A stretch of 64,000 nucleotides of DNA from assembly GCA_002429485.1 (NCBI GenBank), contig DIZX01000002.1:3082-67081 (forward strand), in the 5' to 3' direction. How positions within the stretch are numbered: the stretch's first letter is position 1; every line of letters begins with the position of its first letter. Position numbers and translations under genes: made by a program. Below the pieces are notes generated by a model. It was not told the origin of the DNA. It made no database searches and saw nothing but the letters and a program-made list of their open reading frames with translations. Origin of the DNA: Patescibacteria group bacterium UBA6017 (GTDB lineage: Bacteria > Patescibacteriota > Saccharimonadia > UBA4664). Positions 45,168 to 54,997 of the stretch are shown one piece after another.

Positions 45168-46578
45168 AGATATTAATCTCGACCTTGTTGGTACCGCCGG
45201 TAACGCCCGGCTGGTTGCCCGAAGCCACTACCGCTGTATCTCCAGAGATAATGTTACCGGCAGATTTGAGCTGCTGCATAACGTGATCGGTGGCACCTTC
45301 CATGGTTTTCACCAGATAGGATTTTCCGCCCCAAATAATCGCCATTTGGAAGTACACGCGCTCGTAGTGGGTGACCATAATAATCGGAACCGATGGCCGG
45401 AGCGCAGAAATGTTTCGAGCGGTCCTGCCGGAGCTGGTCTCGGCAATGATAACTTTGGCGGGCAGCTGATCGGCCAGGACAACCGCGGCGGCGGAGACGG
45501 CGTTAATACGCTCGTGGCTGCCATTGTACTTAATCGACTGACGGGCGATCACTTCGCGTTCTTCCCGCTCGGCGTAGAGAATAATGCGCTTCATCATTTT
45601 TACGGCTTCGACCGGGAATAGGCCCATGGCCGTCTCCCCGGACAGCATAACGGCGTCGGTACCTTCGATGACGGCGGTAGCCACATCGGAGACTTCAGCG
45701 CGCGACGGCTGAGTGGACTGGATCATGCTTTCGAGCATCTGAGTGGCCACGATTACCGGCTTGCGGTGAAGTTTGCCGAGCTCGATCATGCGGCGCTGAG
45801 CAGCGGGGACCGACTCGGGGTTGGTCTCAATTGCCAGGTCGCCGCGGGCAACCATGATGACATCGGTGGCAACTACGATCTCCTCGAGGTTCACGACGGC
45901 AGCCGCGGTCTCGATCTTGGCGATGATCTTGGCGTCGCACTTGAGTTTCTTGAGGCGATCGCGCAAGTTGAGAATATCTTGAGCGGTCTGCACGAACGAA
46001 TACCCGATGTAGTCAACGCCTTGGCTGGCAGCGTAGTTGATGTCGGAAATATCTTTGCTTGTCAGAATCTCGCCGCCGAGGTCGGTATCGGGCAGGTTCA
46101 TCCCCTGATTGGAATAGACGAGACCCGGTGCCAGTACCTTGCCCACAATCAGGTGTTTCTCGATTTTCTCAACCTCAATCTGCACTTGTCCGTCGCGCAA
46201 GAATACCCGTTCGCCCTTTTTGAGGTATTTCGAGACATCGTGTTGGACGGGAATAATACCGGTGGCCTCAAAATCAGCTCCAAATTCGAACCGCACTACG
46301 TTGCCGCGAACAAACGGGAGCCCATCGCCCGGCAGGGTGCCGACTCGAATTTTTGGACCCTGAATGTCGGCAAGTACGGCAACTGGTTTCTTGTGCTTAG
46401 CAGAGAGGCTGCGGGCGATCTTGATGGCCTCGCCGTGCTCCTCGTGAGTGCCATGCGCAAAATTTAAGCGAAACATATTCACCCCGGCGAGCATTAGCTC
46501 TTCGAGGATTTGGGGGGAACTGGACGCTGGACCGATGGTCGCAACGATTTTGGTGCGTTTGAAAGAAGCAGCTAACAT
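45160..46578 (-). CDS. pyk: Pyruvate kinase
   Basis: 'KIVATIGPAS', 'MFRLNFAHG', 'MVARGDLAIE'. The track start is TTG at 46599; ATG at 46578 is preferred. Confidence 0.85.
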   Translation of the reverse strand: MLAASFKRTKIVATIGPASSSPQILEELMLAGVNMFRLNFAHGTHEEHGEAIKIARSLSAKHKKPVAVLADIQGPKIRVGTLPGDGLPFVRGNVVRFEFGADFEATGIIPVQHDVSKYLKKGERVFLRDGQVQIEVEKIEKHLIVGKVLAPGLVYSNQGMNLPDTDLGGEILTSKDISDINYAASQGVDYIGYSFVQTAQDILNLRDRLKKLKCDAKIIAKIETAAAVVNLEEIVVATDVIMVARGDLAIETNPESVPAAQRRMIELGKLHRKPVIVATQMLESMIQSTQPSRAEVSDVATAVIEGTDAVMLSGETAMGLFPVEAVKMMKRIILYAEREEREVIARQSIKYNGSHERINAVSAAAVVLADQLPAKVIIAETSSGRTARNISALRPSVPIIMVTHYERVYFQMAIIWGGKSYLVKTMEGATDHVMQQLKSAGNIISGDTAVVASGNQPGVTGGTNKVEINICD

Positions 46579-46864
46579 TGAACTCCATTTTATCTTCAAA
46601 TTTATAATTTCACCACTATCATACCCCCTATACTAGCAACTTGACCATCGACTTCATTGGGTGAAGCCGATATCGCCCCCACGGGCTCCACAGCAAAATC
46701 TCAAAATTTAGCAGTAAGAGGATAATACGTACCGCCTATGTACTAAAGCACTGATAAATGGTAGTATTTACCAGTTAAAATACATTATGGTCCCATATGA
46801 TATATGAGACCATTCGCTTCGGAAAAGCCTAAATGCACGCATTCAGCTTTTCGCTCAACTTCAT

Positions 46865-46939
46865 GGTCCCATCGTCTAACGGTTAGGACGCCAGGTTTTC
46901 ATCCTGGTAACCGGGGTTCGATTCCCCGTGGGACTACCA
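46865..46939 (+). tRNA. tRNA-Glu (anticodon TTC), CCA encoded
   Basis: GGTCCCATCGTCTAACGGTTAGGACGCCAGGTTTTCATCCTGGTAACCGGGGTTCGATTCCCCGTGGGACTACCA. Cloverleaf with 4-nt variable loop; anticodon loop TTTTCAT. Confidence 0.85.
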
Positions 46940-46947
46940 ATGAAAAT

Positions 46948-46970
46948 GCCTCACTTCGGTGGGGCTTTTT
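46948..46970 (+). terminator. Terminator after tRNA-Glu (gcctcac-ttcg-gtggggc + T5)
   Basis: Seen directly in the sequence. Confidence 0.55.
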
Positions 46971-46977
46971 CATTGGC

Positions 46978-47018
46978 TACAAAAGAGAGAGGCCCCTGGC
47001 ACGAGGCCGAGGGGCCTC
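46978..47018 (-). terminator. GC hairpin (gaggcccc ... ggggcctc) with U-rich tail on the minus strand, terminator of the SDR gene
   Basis: Seen directly: 8-bp stem, 14-nt loop, then 'tctctcttttg' on the minus strand. Confidence 0.5.
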
Positions 47019-47082
47019 CCGCTAGGGGCATACTTTGTTACTCGTGGCTCTGCTCACTGGGTGCAAGCAATGCGGTGATGTG

Positions 47083-47994
47083 TCAGGCGATCTCAGCCAA
47101 CGCCTTGGCGATGATCGTGGTCTCGTCCTCGAGGCTCGCCGGCACCTTCTGACGGTCAGGGTCGATGTCGCCGATGAGGGTGATCTTGGCGCCGACCTTT
47201 TCGGCGGTGATCCCCGGTATGGTGACACCGTCTGTCTCGGCGACGAAGATCCTGGAGACGTGGCCGCCGGCGACTGAGTAGATGTGGCCGCTGACCAAGC
47301 ACTCTTCGTGTGCGAGGTAGGCGACCACGGGGCTGACGGTCTCGGGCGAGACCTTGCTTGCCAGGTCCTCTCCGAGGATGTCCTCGGTCATCCGGGTCCG
47401 CGCGATCGGTGCGATCGCGTTGACCTTGATGTTGTGACTGGCGCCCTCGAGAGCGAGGACTCGGGTGAGTCCGGCGAGGCCAGCCTTGGCTGCGCCGTAG
47501 TTGGCCTGACCGAAGTTGCCGAACAGGCCGGAAGCCGAGCTCGTGCTGACGATGCGGCCGTAGCCCTGCTCGCGCATGAGCCTGTAGGCAGGCCCGGTGA
47601 CGTTGAAGGCACCCTTGAGGTGGACGTCGATGACCGCGGTGATCATGGTGTCATCCATCTTGTGGAAAGCCTTGTCGCGCAGAATGCCGGCGTTGTTGAC
47701 GAGGATGTCGACTCGGCCGAAGGCATCGATCGCGGCCTGCACGATGGCCGCGCCGCCTTCTGCGATGGCCACGGAGTCGTGGTTGGCTACGGCGATGCCA
47801 CCGAACGCGGTGATCTCGGCGACCACGAGGTCGGCGGCAGACAGCGATGAGCCACTGCCGTCGACTGCCCCGCCGAGGTCGTTGACCAGAACTTGGGCGC
47901 CGCGACGAGCGAGCTCGAGAGCGTGCGAGCGACCGAGGCCCCCGCCAGCACCAGTGATGATGGCAACACGGCCGTCAAAGCGAATATCTGACAT
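47083..47994 (-). CDS. Short-chain dehydrogenase/reductase (MFE-2/3-hydroxyacyl-CoA dehydrogenase-like), high-GC (~68%) gene
   Basis: 'GRVAIITGAGGGLGR' is a Rossmann motif; 'NYGAAKAGL' is the YxxxK site. The internal ATG is at 47994. GC is well above its surroundings. Confidence 0.75.
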   Translation of the reverse strand: MSDIRFDGRVAIITGAGGGLGRSHALELARRGAQVLVNDLGGAVDGSGSSLSAADLVVAEITAFGGIAVANHDSVAIAEGGAAIVQAAIDAFGRVDILVNNAGILRDKAFHKMDDTMITAVIDVHLKGAFNVTGPAYRLMREQGYGRIVSTSSASGLFGNFGQANYGAAKAGLAGLTRVLALEGASHNIKVNAIAPIARTRMTEDILGEDLASKVSPETVSPVVAYLAHEECLVSGHIYSVAGGHVSRIFVAETDGVTIPGITAEKVGAKITLIGDIDPDRQKVPASLEDETTIIAKALAEIA

Positions 47995-48121
47995 GTCGTA
48001 CCCTTCGGTTCGATTGAAACACAACAGAACAGAGTACAAGAGTAATCTGCCACCACAGTGTGAGATGGAATCGTAGGTTTGTCAAGCTCGGTAATCTGTT
48101 GCGCAGAAGGTATAATACTAT

Positions 48122-48958
48122 TTGATGACCGAACTTATAAGCCAAACCGAATTGATTTGCCCGACTTGCCGGTTGGCACTCGCCGCTGCGGACCGAGCAT
48201 TCGCCTGTGAGTCGGGCCATAGCTATGACCTGGCAAGGGAAGGTTATATAAATCTGATCACCGGCAAAGCGCCGAGCGCGCTGCAGGGCGATAATGCCGA
48301 AATGGTGCGGGCGAGGCGGGCGTTCCTGGGGCGGGGACACTACCGGCCGCTGGCCGAGGCAGTAGCGGAAGCAGTGACGGGTATGTCTATGCAGGTGCTA
48401 GCGGATTTTGGCTGCGGTGAAGGATATTACCTTGATCAGCTAATGAATACGCCGGGACTTAAAGGCGTACGGGTGTATGGCACGGATATCTCAAAGCCGG
48501 CCATAGCGGCTGCCGCCAAGGCCTACCCCCTGACCCAGTGGGTAGTGGCCGACACCAACCGATTAATCCCGTTGGCGGACGGGTCGGTGGATGCGGCGAT
48601 TGATGTGTTTGCCCCGAGGAACGCGGCAGAATTTGGACGGGTTATTCGACCCGGCGGGCGCCTGGTGGTGGCAATTCCCGGCCCTGCACACTTGGCAGAT
48701 ATAAGTGAACGGTTTGGATTAATCGGCATTCAAAACGACAAGCCGGCAAAAATTAGTTCACAACTGAATGAATTTGATTTGCTCGACACTAAGCGGGTAG
48801 AAGATGAGATTCTCCTTGACACGTCAAGCTTACGGGATTTGCTCGAAATGACTCCCAATGCCCGCCATTTGAGCGAGCAGGCTCGGGCCGAGGTTGAACG
48901 TCTGAGCGAAACCAGGACACATATCGAATTTGACGTGCTGAGCTTTGGCCGACGCTAA
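48122..48958 (+). CDS. rlmA: 23S rRNA (guanine745-N1)-methyltransferase RlmA-like
   Basis: N-terminal Zn ribbon 'CPTC...C..GH'; SAM motif 'LDFGCGEGYY'. TATAAT at 48111-48116 sits immediately before the ATG, consistent with a leaderless mRNA. Confidence 0.75.
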   Translation: MMTELISQTELICPTCRLALAAADRAFACESGHSYDLAREGYINLITGKAPSALQGDNAEMVRARRAFLGRGHYRPLAEAVAEAVTGMSMQVLADFGCGEGYYLDQLMNTPGLKGVRVYGTDISKPAIAAAAKAYPLTQWVVADTNRLIPLADGSVDAAIDVFAPRNAAEFGRVIRPGGRLVVAIPGPAHLADISERFGLIGIQNDKPAKISSQLNEFDLLDTKRVEDEILLDTSSLRDLLEMTPNARHLSEQARAEVERLSETRTHIEFDVLSFGRR

Positions 48959-48980
48959 TTACCAGTTATACTAAAAACAT

Positions 48981-50063
48981 ATGAGTTTTCCAAAACTGAG
49001 CATATCCAGAGCTCAGCTTACGAGGTGGGTGCCATTTGGTGGCGTTGCAACGGCATTATTCGTTAGCGGATTGGCCGTGGTACTGCTATGGCCGCAAGCC
49101 AGCGTGAGCTTATCGCTAGACGGCACATTGCCGCCAAAATTGCAGTCTGAATACGGCCGCACGGTGAAACTGCTTCACGATTTTCAGGCACGCCAAAACG
49201 ACCTGCATTCGGAAGTGGTATCCCAGGGTGAGATAAATAGACAACTGTCCCTGATTTCGCTTGATGCTCAGAGCGGTCACTTCGTGGCGGCCCGTAATGA
49301 TATTCGGTCACTAAGGCAGGCGGTGGCCAACTGGAACCTGGAGCTCAGCAGCGGACCGAAGGCAGCGGCAACGTTGGCCAGCGCCCCAATATCAGCGGCG
49401 GCGCTAGGCGGCTTACACCTGCCGATTTTGCTATACCACTATCCCCCGCCCGATTTTGAGGCTCAGCTCGTGCACCTGGAGCAGGCCGGCTACACGGTGA
49501 TCGACCTCGATCAGGCATTGGCGGGACTACGCGGCGAAGCCTTACCGGCCAAACCGGTAGTTATAACTTTCGACGATGGGTTTTCGGCCCAGATGTCGGC
49601 CTTTGAGGCTTTGAAGCGCCACAATATGAAAGCTACGTTCTACATCATCTATGGCGGTGAGGCGAGCAAGTGGTGTATTGGAGCGGGCCGCCGCTACGGC
49701 GATCCGCTGCAGCCGCCAAACGGCTGCGGTGATGGCTATCTCAACTGGGATCAGGTGAAAATGCTCGACCGCAGCGGTCTAATCACCATAGCCGGCCACA
49801 CCATTAATCACCGTAATCTGGTCTCACTGTCCGAGACCGACCAGCGCTTCGAGATCGAAGTGGGTAAAGAAATGCTCGAAGGCGAGCTGGGCCACAGCGT
49901 GCGGCACTTTGCTTACCCCTACGGCCAATTCAATGCTACGACCATCAAAATCGTCCAAGAGGCGGGCTACCTCACGGCAACGACGACAATTCCCGGCGTT
50001 GACCAACCGGCGGGATCAGCTTTCACGCTGCGGCGTGTGCGCAACACGTTTCAGCTCCCCTAG
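48981..50063 (+). CDS. Polysaccharide deacetylase (NodB-homology) with N-terminal TM
   Basis: 'VITFDDG', 'ATFYII', 'GHTINH', 'FAYPYG'. Confidence 0.7.
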   Translation: MSFPKLSISRAQLTRWVPFGGVATALFVSGLAVVLLWPQASVSLSLDGTLPPKLQSEYGRTVKLLHDFQARQNDLHSEVVSQGEINRQLSLISLDAQSGHFVAARNDIRSLRQAVANWNLELSSGPKAAATLASAPISAAALGGLHLPILLYHYPPPDFEAQLVHLEQAGYTVIDLDQALAGLRGEALPAKPVVITFDDGFSAQMSAFEALKRHNMKATFYIIYGGEASKWCIGAGRRYGDPLQPPNGCGDGYLNWDQVKMLDRSGLITIAGHTINHRNLVSLSETDQRFEIEVGKEMLEGELGHSVRHFAYPYGQFNATTIKIVQEAGYLTATTTIPGVDQPAGSAFTLRRVRNTFQLP

Positions 50064-50560
50064 GTAGTAGGCAGGCCTAGCTTTTCACTAATAATGTTGA
50101 GAACTTCGCGGGGAGTTAGCTCGGCCTTCACGAGATACTCGGCGCCATAGGAATGAGCCGTATTGCGGTCGGACAATTCGGATGAATTAGTGAGCACAAT
50201 CACGGGCATCTGGGCGAAATCAAAACCGTCATTCTGGAGCGCAGAGAGCACTTCGAGGCCGGAGAGCTCGGGCATGTTAATATCGAGCACCGCCAGATTG
50301 GGGTGTTCGGACTTTACGGCTTCAAAGGCGTCGCGGCCGTTGTTTTTCAGGACAACGCGGAAGCCGGCACTCTCCAGCTTGATCTGGTACATACGTGAAA
50401 TAAACGGATCGTCTTCGGCAATCAGAATAGTTTTGATGTCGGGATCAACAGCAGCGACTGGGGCTGCCGGTGCTGCGGCTGGGGCTGCTGGAGTTGCGGC
50501 TGCGGCCGGGGCTGCAGATTCGGCAACCGGGGCGGGGGCATTATTTGTGGGACTTGGCAT
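50060..50560 (-). CDS. Stand-alone response-regulator receiver (CheY-like) with Ala/Pro-rich N-terminal tail
   Basis: 'ILIAEDD', 'LAVLDINMP', 'PVIVLTN', 'YLVK'. It overlaps the upstream HK gene by 20 nt. Confidence 0.7.
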   Translation of the reverse strand: MPSPTNNAPAPVAESAAPAAAATPAAPAAAPAAPVAAVDPDIKTILIAEDDPFISRMYQIKLESAGFRVVLKNNGRDAFEAVKSEHPNLAVLDINMPELSGLEVLSALQNDGFDFAQMPVIVLTNSSELSDRNTAHSYGAEYLVKAELTPREVLNIISEKLGLPTT

Positions 50561-52724
50561 GGGCGACCTCGCGTATTGGTGTTACTGGCTTAAACGGTAG
50601 CTCGAAACCAAAGGTCGAACCTTTACCCTCGACGCTATTGAATATGATTGTACCACCCTGATCCTCTACTACCCGTTTTGCCAGATACAGACCAAGCCCG
50701 GTACCGTCGGGACGAACAATCTGAGCGTTGTCAGCGCGGAAAAATTTGGTAAAGAGTTTTTTCTTGGCTTTATCGGGCACACCAATGCCGCTGTCGCGAA
50801 CCTCGAGCCGAACCCTATCGCCGGACTGCTCAAGGACCACCCTCACTTCGCCCGTTTGAGTGTAATAAATGGCGTTATCGATAAAGTTCATTACCACCTG
50901 GCGGGTTTTGTTGTCGTCAATTTCGGCTGGCGGCAAAATTTCGGTTGGGCGGTCAAAAATAAGCTGAATATTCTTGGCAGAGGCATGGGTGGCTAGCTGA
51001 CGAACTTCGTCGGCAACCAAGCCTACCATGTCGGTCGGCTTGGTCTGGATCAGGAAACGCCCCGCCGACAGGCGCGACACATTAAGAAGGTCGGAAATAA
51101 GGTTGACCATCCGCTCCGACGAGCCATAGGCAAATTCGGCGAACTCTTTTTGGGTGGGAGTAAGCTGGCCGGAGTCACCCTCGAGCATCATCGACAGATA
51201 CCCCTTGATGGTAGTGAGAGGTGTGCGCAACTGGTGTGAGGCCATCGAGATAAACTCATCCTTGGCTTTATCGAGCTCCTTAAGGTGGTGGTTGGCCACG
51301 CGCAAGCGATTGGTGGCGTGATCGATGCGCGCCTGCAGAGTGAGGTTAAACTCTTCGATCTGGGCATACGCTTTGGCGTTCAAGATGGCGACGGCGAGCT
51401 GCTTGCCGATGATCTCGAGCAAGTCTAAATCTTGATTCGAATATATATCGCCGGAAAGCTTGTCTCCGAGCAGCAAATACCCCACGAACTCCTCGCGCGT
51501 CTTGAGGGTGAGTGAGACCCGAATACCGTGCTCTTCCATCAGTTGCTTGCGCTGGCCGCCTTCGAGCTCATCGGCCACAATCATCGGTGACTTAAGGGTG
51601 CTGAGCTCCGGAGCTACCATTAGCCGCTTAGGCAGCTCACCGTAGTGTTCCACCCGATACACGCGCTCGTTGTTGAAGATAACGAGTTGGCCAAACTCGA
51701 TATTAAGGCTTTCGCAAAGGGCAGTAATGGTGCGCTTAAGAATTCGGTCCAAGTCTCGTTCGGATACAAGAATTTTGGAGAAGTTGTTTAATACTACTTG
51801 GGAATCATAGAGATGCCGATAAAAGATATGGTCAGTAATGTTCTGGAAAAACCGCTTAAGCGGGTGGAACGTGAACGCCAGGACCATAGCAAGCATCGTG
51901 TAGATAGCAACTTGGTTGAACGAAGTTGAGGTTCCCGGCAGAAGAACAGAGACGATCCAAAATCCCGTGGCTGCATAAATACCCTCGAAAGTCAGTAGCA
52001 GGAGTAGGTAGGTAATGGTACGCGCAACAAAGAATCGGATATCGAATAGCCGCTGAGTGACAACCGCATAGGCCACGCTGCCAGTAAAGAACAGAGTGTA
52101 GGCGGCACCATACGGCAGCAGCCAATTGATCTGGAAAAAAGCCACCAGCACAAAATTCGTGATGAATATCAATCCAAAGGTAATGCTCAGCCCGAATATG
52201 ACGTACTTAAACTGTTGGCGTTCAAGATTCTTGGATTTACGATATTGCCTTACCAGGGTGCTCCCCGCAAGTCCAAGCAGCAGTACGGTTTGGGCCAGAA
52301 ACACTACTATCCCCGGGCCGGGTATGGCGCTTACGCTTCCTGTAGCACTCATCTCGAGGTGAGTGAAGACGTATGGCGTTAGAGTCAGAGCCATCACGAA
52401 TGCCGTTAACATAATAGCGGGTAATATAAACCTGTCCTTGGGTGGGTGAGCGCGGGGAAACGACCTAAACGTCAGGAAAGCGGCTAAATTCAAGAAGGCG
52501 GCCGTAAACAGTACAATCCGAACCAATACCAGTTGGTTCTCGAGCGAGGAGTGTACCGACAGATAGTTGGCGCCGCTCCAAGCACAAAAGGCTAGGGCAA
52601 GAATTAAAAAGCGGCTGTTGGTAGCGCTTTTCGGGTTCTTCAAGTACACCAACAATCCAAGAAGGACATTGGCAAGCAGAGCAAAGACTAGGATAATGAT
52701 CTCAAGCATAGTCTCTATTAGCAT
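50541..52724 (-). CDS. Sensor histidine kinase (N-terminal 7TM domain, GAF-like region, HisKA, HATPase_c)
   Basis: 'MASHQLRTPLTTIKGY' is an H-box; 'DNAIYYT' is an N-box; 'GTGLGLYLAKRVV' is a G2-box. Confidence 0.8.
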   Translation of the reverse strand: MLIETMLEIIILVFALLANVLLGLLVYLKNPKSATNSRFLILALAFCAWSGANYLSVHSSLENQLVLVRIVLFTAAFLNLAAFLTFRSFPRAHPPKDRFILPAIMLTAFVMALTLTPYVFTHLEMSATGSVSAIPGPGIVVFLAQTVLLLGLAGSTLVRQYRKSKNLERQQFKYVIFGLSITFGLIFITNFVLVAFFQINWLLPYGAAYTLFFTGSVAYAVVTQRLFDIRFFVARTITYLLLLLTFEGIYAATGFWIVSVLLPGTSTSFNQVAIYTMLAMVLAFTFHPLKRFFQNITDHIFYRHLYDSQVVLNNFSKILVSERDLDRILKRTITALCESLNIEFGQLVIFNNERVYRVEHYGELPKRLMVAPELSTLKSPMIVADELEGGQRKQLMEEHGIRVSLTLKTREEFVGYLLLGDKLSGDIYSNQDLDLLEIIGKQLAVAILNAKAYAQIEEFNLTLQARIDHATNRLRVANHHLKELDKAKDEFISMASHQLRTPLTTIKGYLSMMLEGDSGQLTPTQKEFAEFAYGSSERMVNLISDLLNVSRLSAGRFLIQTKPTDMVGLVADEVRQLATHASAKNIQLIFDRPTEILPPAEIDDNKTRQVVMNFIDNAIYYTQTGEVRVVLEQSGDRVRLEVRDSGIGVPDKAKKKLFTKFFRADNAQIVRPDGTGLGLYLAKRVVEDQGGTIIFNSVEGKGSTFGFELPFKPVTPIREVAHAKSHK

Positions 52725-52752
52725 AACTACTTTGAGAGGAAAACACCAACTC

Positions 52753-53763
52753 GTGACAAACTATTCGGCCTGGGACGTGTCTAGCCAAGACTTTCCAATA
52801 AAAGGAGCTATCGAAAAGCAGATCGAGTTTTTGTGCCGCTACGCCATATTGGCGCCATCAGTACACAACGTTCAACCGTGGAGATTCGAGATCGACAACA
52901 GCACCTTGCGAGTATTTCTGGCAAAAGAACGCACGCTCGAAGCGGGAGACCCTACCGGCCGGGAGGGTTGGCTAAGTATCGGAGCGGCTATAGAGAATTT
53001 GCTCGTGGCGGCAAAATATTTTGGCCTAAGCGCCGCAGAGATACGGCGCAATGCCCATAGTGTGGAGTATGCATTCACTCCCGGCCAGGCCGATCTACAT
53101 CTCGAACCACTTATGCAGGCGATGGTTAACCGCGCCAGTAACCGCGAGCCATACTCCTCCACCCCGGTAGCGCGTGAGACACTCGATGAGATAGCAGGAA
53201 ATCAGGATGAGGGCGTTCAGGTCGTAGCTTCGAGCGACCGTAAATTAATCGAGCTGATTGCTAACCTCACTGGCCGAGCCATCGCAATTGCGCTAGGCAA
53301 TCCCTCATTTCGTGACGAACTGAGCTCCCTCGTACGCTCAAGTTGGACAAAAAAATCTACCGGCATGCCGGGATTCGGATTGGCAGTGTCGGGGGCCCGT
53401 TCGCTTATAGAGAATAAACTCATTCGGAGCGGTGCAACCGCTGATGCTCAGGGGAAGAAAGAACACGATGTGTTGATCCACAGCGGGGCTGTGGTGCTGG
53501 TATTTGCAGATGGCGACACACAGCCATACTGGATCAATGCCGGACGGGCCTATCAGCGCGCCGCGCTGGTGGCAACGGCTCATAGCCTAGATACCGCAAC
53601 TATGGCTGCCACCGTTGAAGCCGCAGACTTTCATCTTGATGTTGAGCGATATTGCGATACTGGCGGACGGCTGCTAGCCGTGATGCGCATCGGACACTCC
53701 GGCAAGCCCGCGCGGCATTCGCCCCGATTGGCTGCGCACGAAGTAGTTACATTTTCTTCATAG
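52753..53763 (+). CDS. Tandem nitroreductase-fold protein (Acg-family NAD(P)H nitroreductase-like); start uncertain (ATG 52696, TTG 52732 or GTG 52753)
   Basis: 'HNVQPWRFEI' and two nitroreductase-like halves. Upstream in-frame codons overlap the divergent HK start. Confidence 0.55.
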   Translation: MTNYSAWDVSSQDFPIKGAIEKQIEFLCRYAILAPSVHNVQPWRFEIDNSTLRVFLAKERTLEAGDPTGREGWLSIGAAIENLLVAAKYFGLSAAEIRRNAHSVEYAFTPGQADLHLEPLMQAMVNRASNREPYSSTPVARETLDEIAGNQDEGVQVVASSDRKLIELIANLTGRAIAIALGNPSFRDELSSLVRSSWTKKSTGMPGFGLAVSGARSLIENKLIRSGATADAQGKKEHDVLIHSGAVVLVFADGDTQPYWINAGRAYQRAALVATAHSLDTATMAATVEAADFHLDVERYCDTGGRLLAVMRIGHSGKPARHSPRLAAHEVVTFSS

Positions 53764-54997
53764 CTCGGTCGAGAATCCGAGAGTGCTGGCGGTGACGGAG
53801 CTTGTGTTTGATACCCACGCGTCCTTCGATAAGTGTGCTCTCGAGCGAAACGATAGTACGCCCAGATTTGAGCGGCTCGGACAAAGCAAGTTGCCGGACC
53901 GCAAATGCCACTACAGCCCCAGCAATCATGGCGGTGCCTCCGAGTTGAGGTTGAGTGGGCAGGGTGGATCCAACTTTTAAAAGTGATTTCTGCATATCAA
54001 GCGGAACATTTTTGGTGCCAATGATAGCGGTGGCGTATTTGAGCCACTCGCGCTGAGACATATCTTTGCGGCTGAGGATTTCTTCTATGTTGCCGACCAG
54101 CCCGTGAAACAGCGGTAGATTTGGGTTGAGATCGTAACGCTCAACGTCGAGCATAACGTCATCCCCGAGATCGGTGGCCATAATAACGGGTATACGGCGC
54201 TCGCGGGCGGCCACCCGAAGTCGGATCTTAACCTCTAGGTCGTCAATTTCATCTATCAGGACGTCGGTCGGCCAGGGATGGTCGAGAAAATCGGGCAGGG
54301 TATCTGGCTTGACGGGGGCATGGAGCTGCTCGAGCTGAATATACGGGTTCATTTCGTAGAGTTGGCGGGCAACCACGCGGGCTTTTTCTTCACCTACACT
54401 CGCCACTCCGGTACGAATGCGGTTAAGATTTGAGCCGCTGATGACGGCGCCGTCGGCAATTTTCATCCGACTCGAGCCACCCTGCAAGATCAAAGCCACG
54501 GCCGCACTGCTGCCGACGCTCATCCCGAAGCAAGCCGCGTTGATAGCGGCGTACTGAGTTTGTTGTGCCGCGGTGATGAGGTCTTTGTTTCGCACAGTCC
54601 TCAACGCCGTAAATAGCTGCTCTTCGAGAATGTGAACAAGTTGACCATTCCATGGGTAATATACCCAACTGCCCTTGCGCCAGGCCGGCACCCCGGCATA
54701 GTGCTGGTCGAGCATTTCAGCGATAGAGTGCTGCTTAATGTCTGGGCTGGCGCGGTAGAGATGGGCGTTTTCGCTGATGAACAGCTCGGCAAGCTGTTCA
54801 TCATAATTATCGATTACCTTGGTGATGCTGGCACCTTCGAGAATCTTCTCAAGACGCAGCTCGCCAGCGGCATCGTCGAGGCTTACTACTACCGGCGCAT
54901 CGGCCGAGTCGTGCAAAGTCGCCCGGGAAGCGGCCGCCTGAAGGTATTCCGGCCAGGTGCCAGAATAGTCGGTCTTAGAGAGGTTTAAGTGTCCCAT
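53747..54997 (-). CDS. E1-like ThiF/MoeB/HesA-family adenylyltransferase with ~110-aa N- and C-terminal extensions
   Basis: 'ACFGMSVGSSAAVALILQGGSSRMKIADGAVISGSNLNRI' is a ThiF Rossmann/nucleotide motif. The start overlaps the upstream gene stop (TAATG). Confidence 0.65.
   Translation of the reverse strand: MGHLNLSKTDYSGTWPEYLQAAASRATLHDSADAPVVVSLDDAAGELRLEKILEGASITKVIDNYDEQLAELFISENAHLYRASPDIKQHSIAEMLDQHYAGVPAWRKGSWVYYPWNGQLVHILEEQLFTALRTVRNKDLITAAQQTQYAAINAACFGMSVGSSAAVALILQGGSSRMKIADGAVISGSNLNRIRTGVASVGEEKARVVARQLYEMNPYIQLEQLHAPVKPDTLPDFLDHPWPTDVLIDEIDDLEVKIRLRVAARERRIPVIMATDLGDDVMLDVERYDLNPNLPLFHGLVGNIEEILSRKDMSQREWLKYATAIIGTKNVPLDMQKSLLKVGSTLPTQPQLGGTAMIAGAVVAFAVRQLALSEPLKSGRTIVSLESTLIEGRVGIKHKLRHRQHSRILDRAMKKM

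Noticed and set aside
46775-46795. 'ATGGTCCCAT' 10-mer upstream of tRNA-Glu duplicating the tRNA 5' end
   Set aside because: It is a short single match inside a palindrome (atggtc...gaccat) in the tRNA promoter region; insufficient to call a tRNA fragment or att site.
46804-47025. 73-aa ORF spanning tRNA-Glu
   Set aside because: It is fully explained by the tRNA gene and its terminator; no RBS or coding signal.
52567-52752. Long N-terminal extension of the nitroreductase ORF overlapping the divergent histidine kinase start
   Set aside because: Divergent coding overlap of ~160 nt is implausible; a downstream alternative start (GTG 52753, TTG 52732 or ATG 52696) is more likely.
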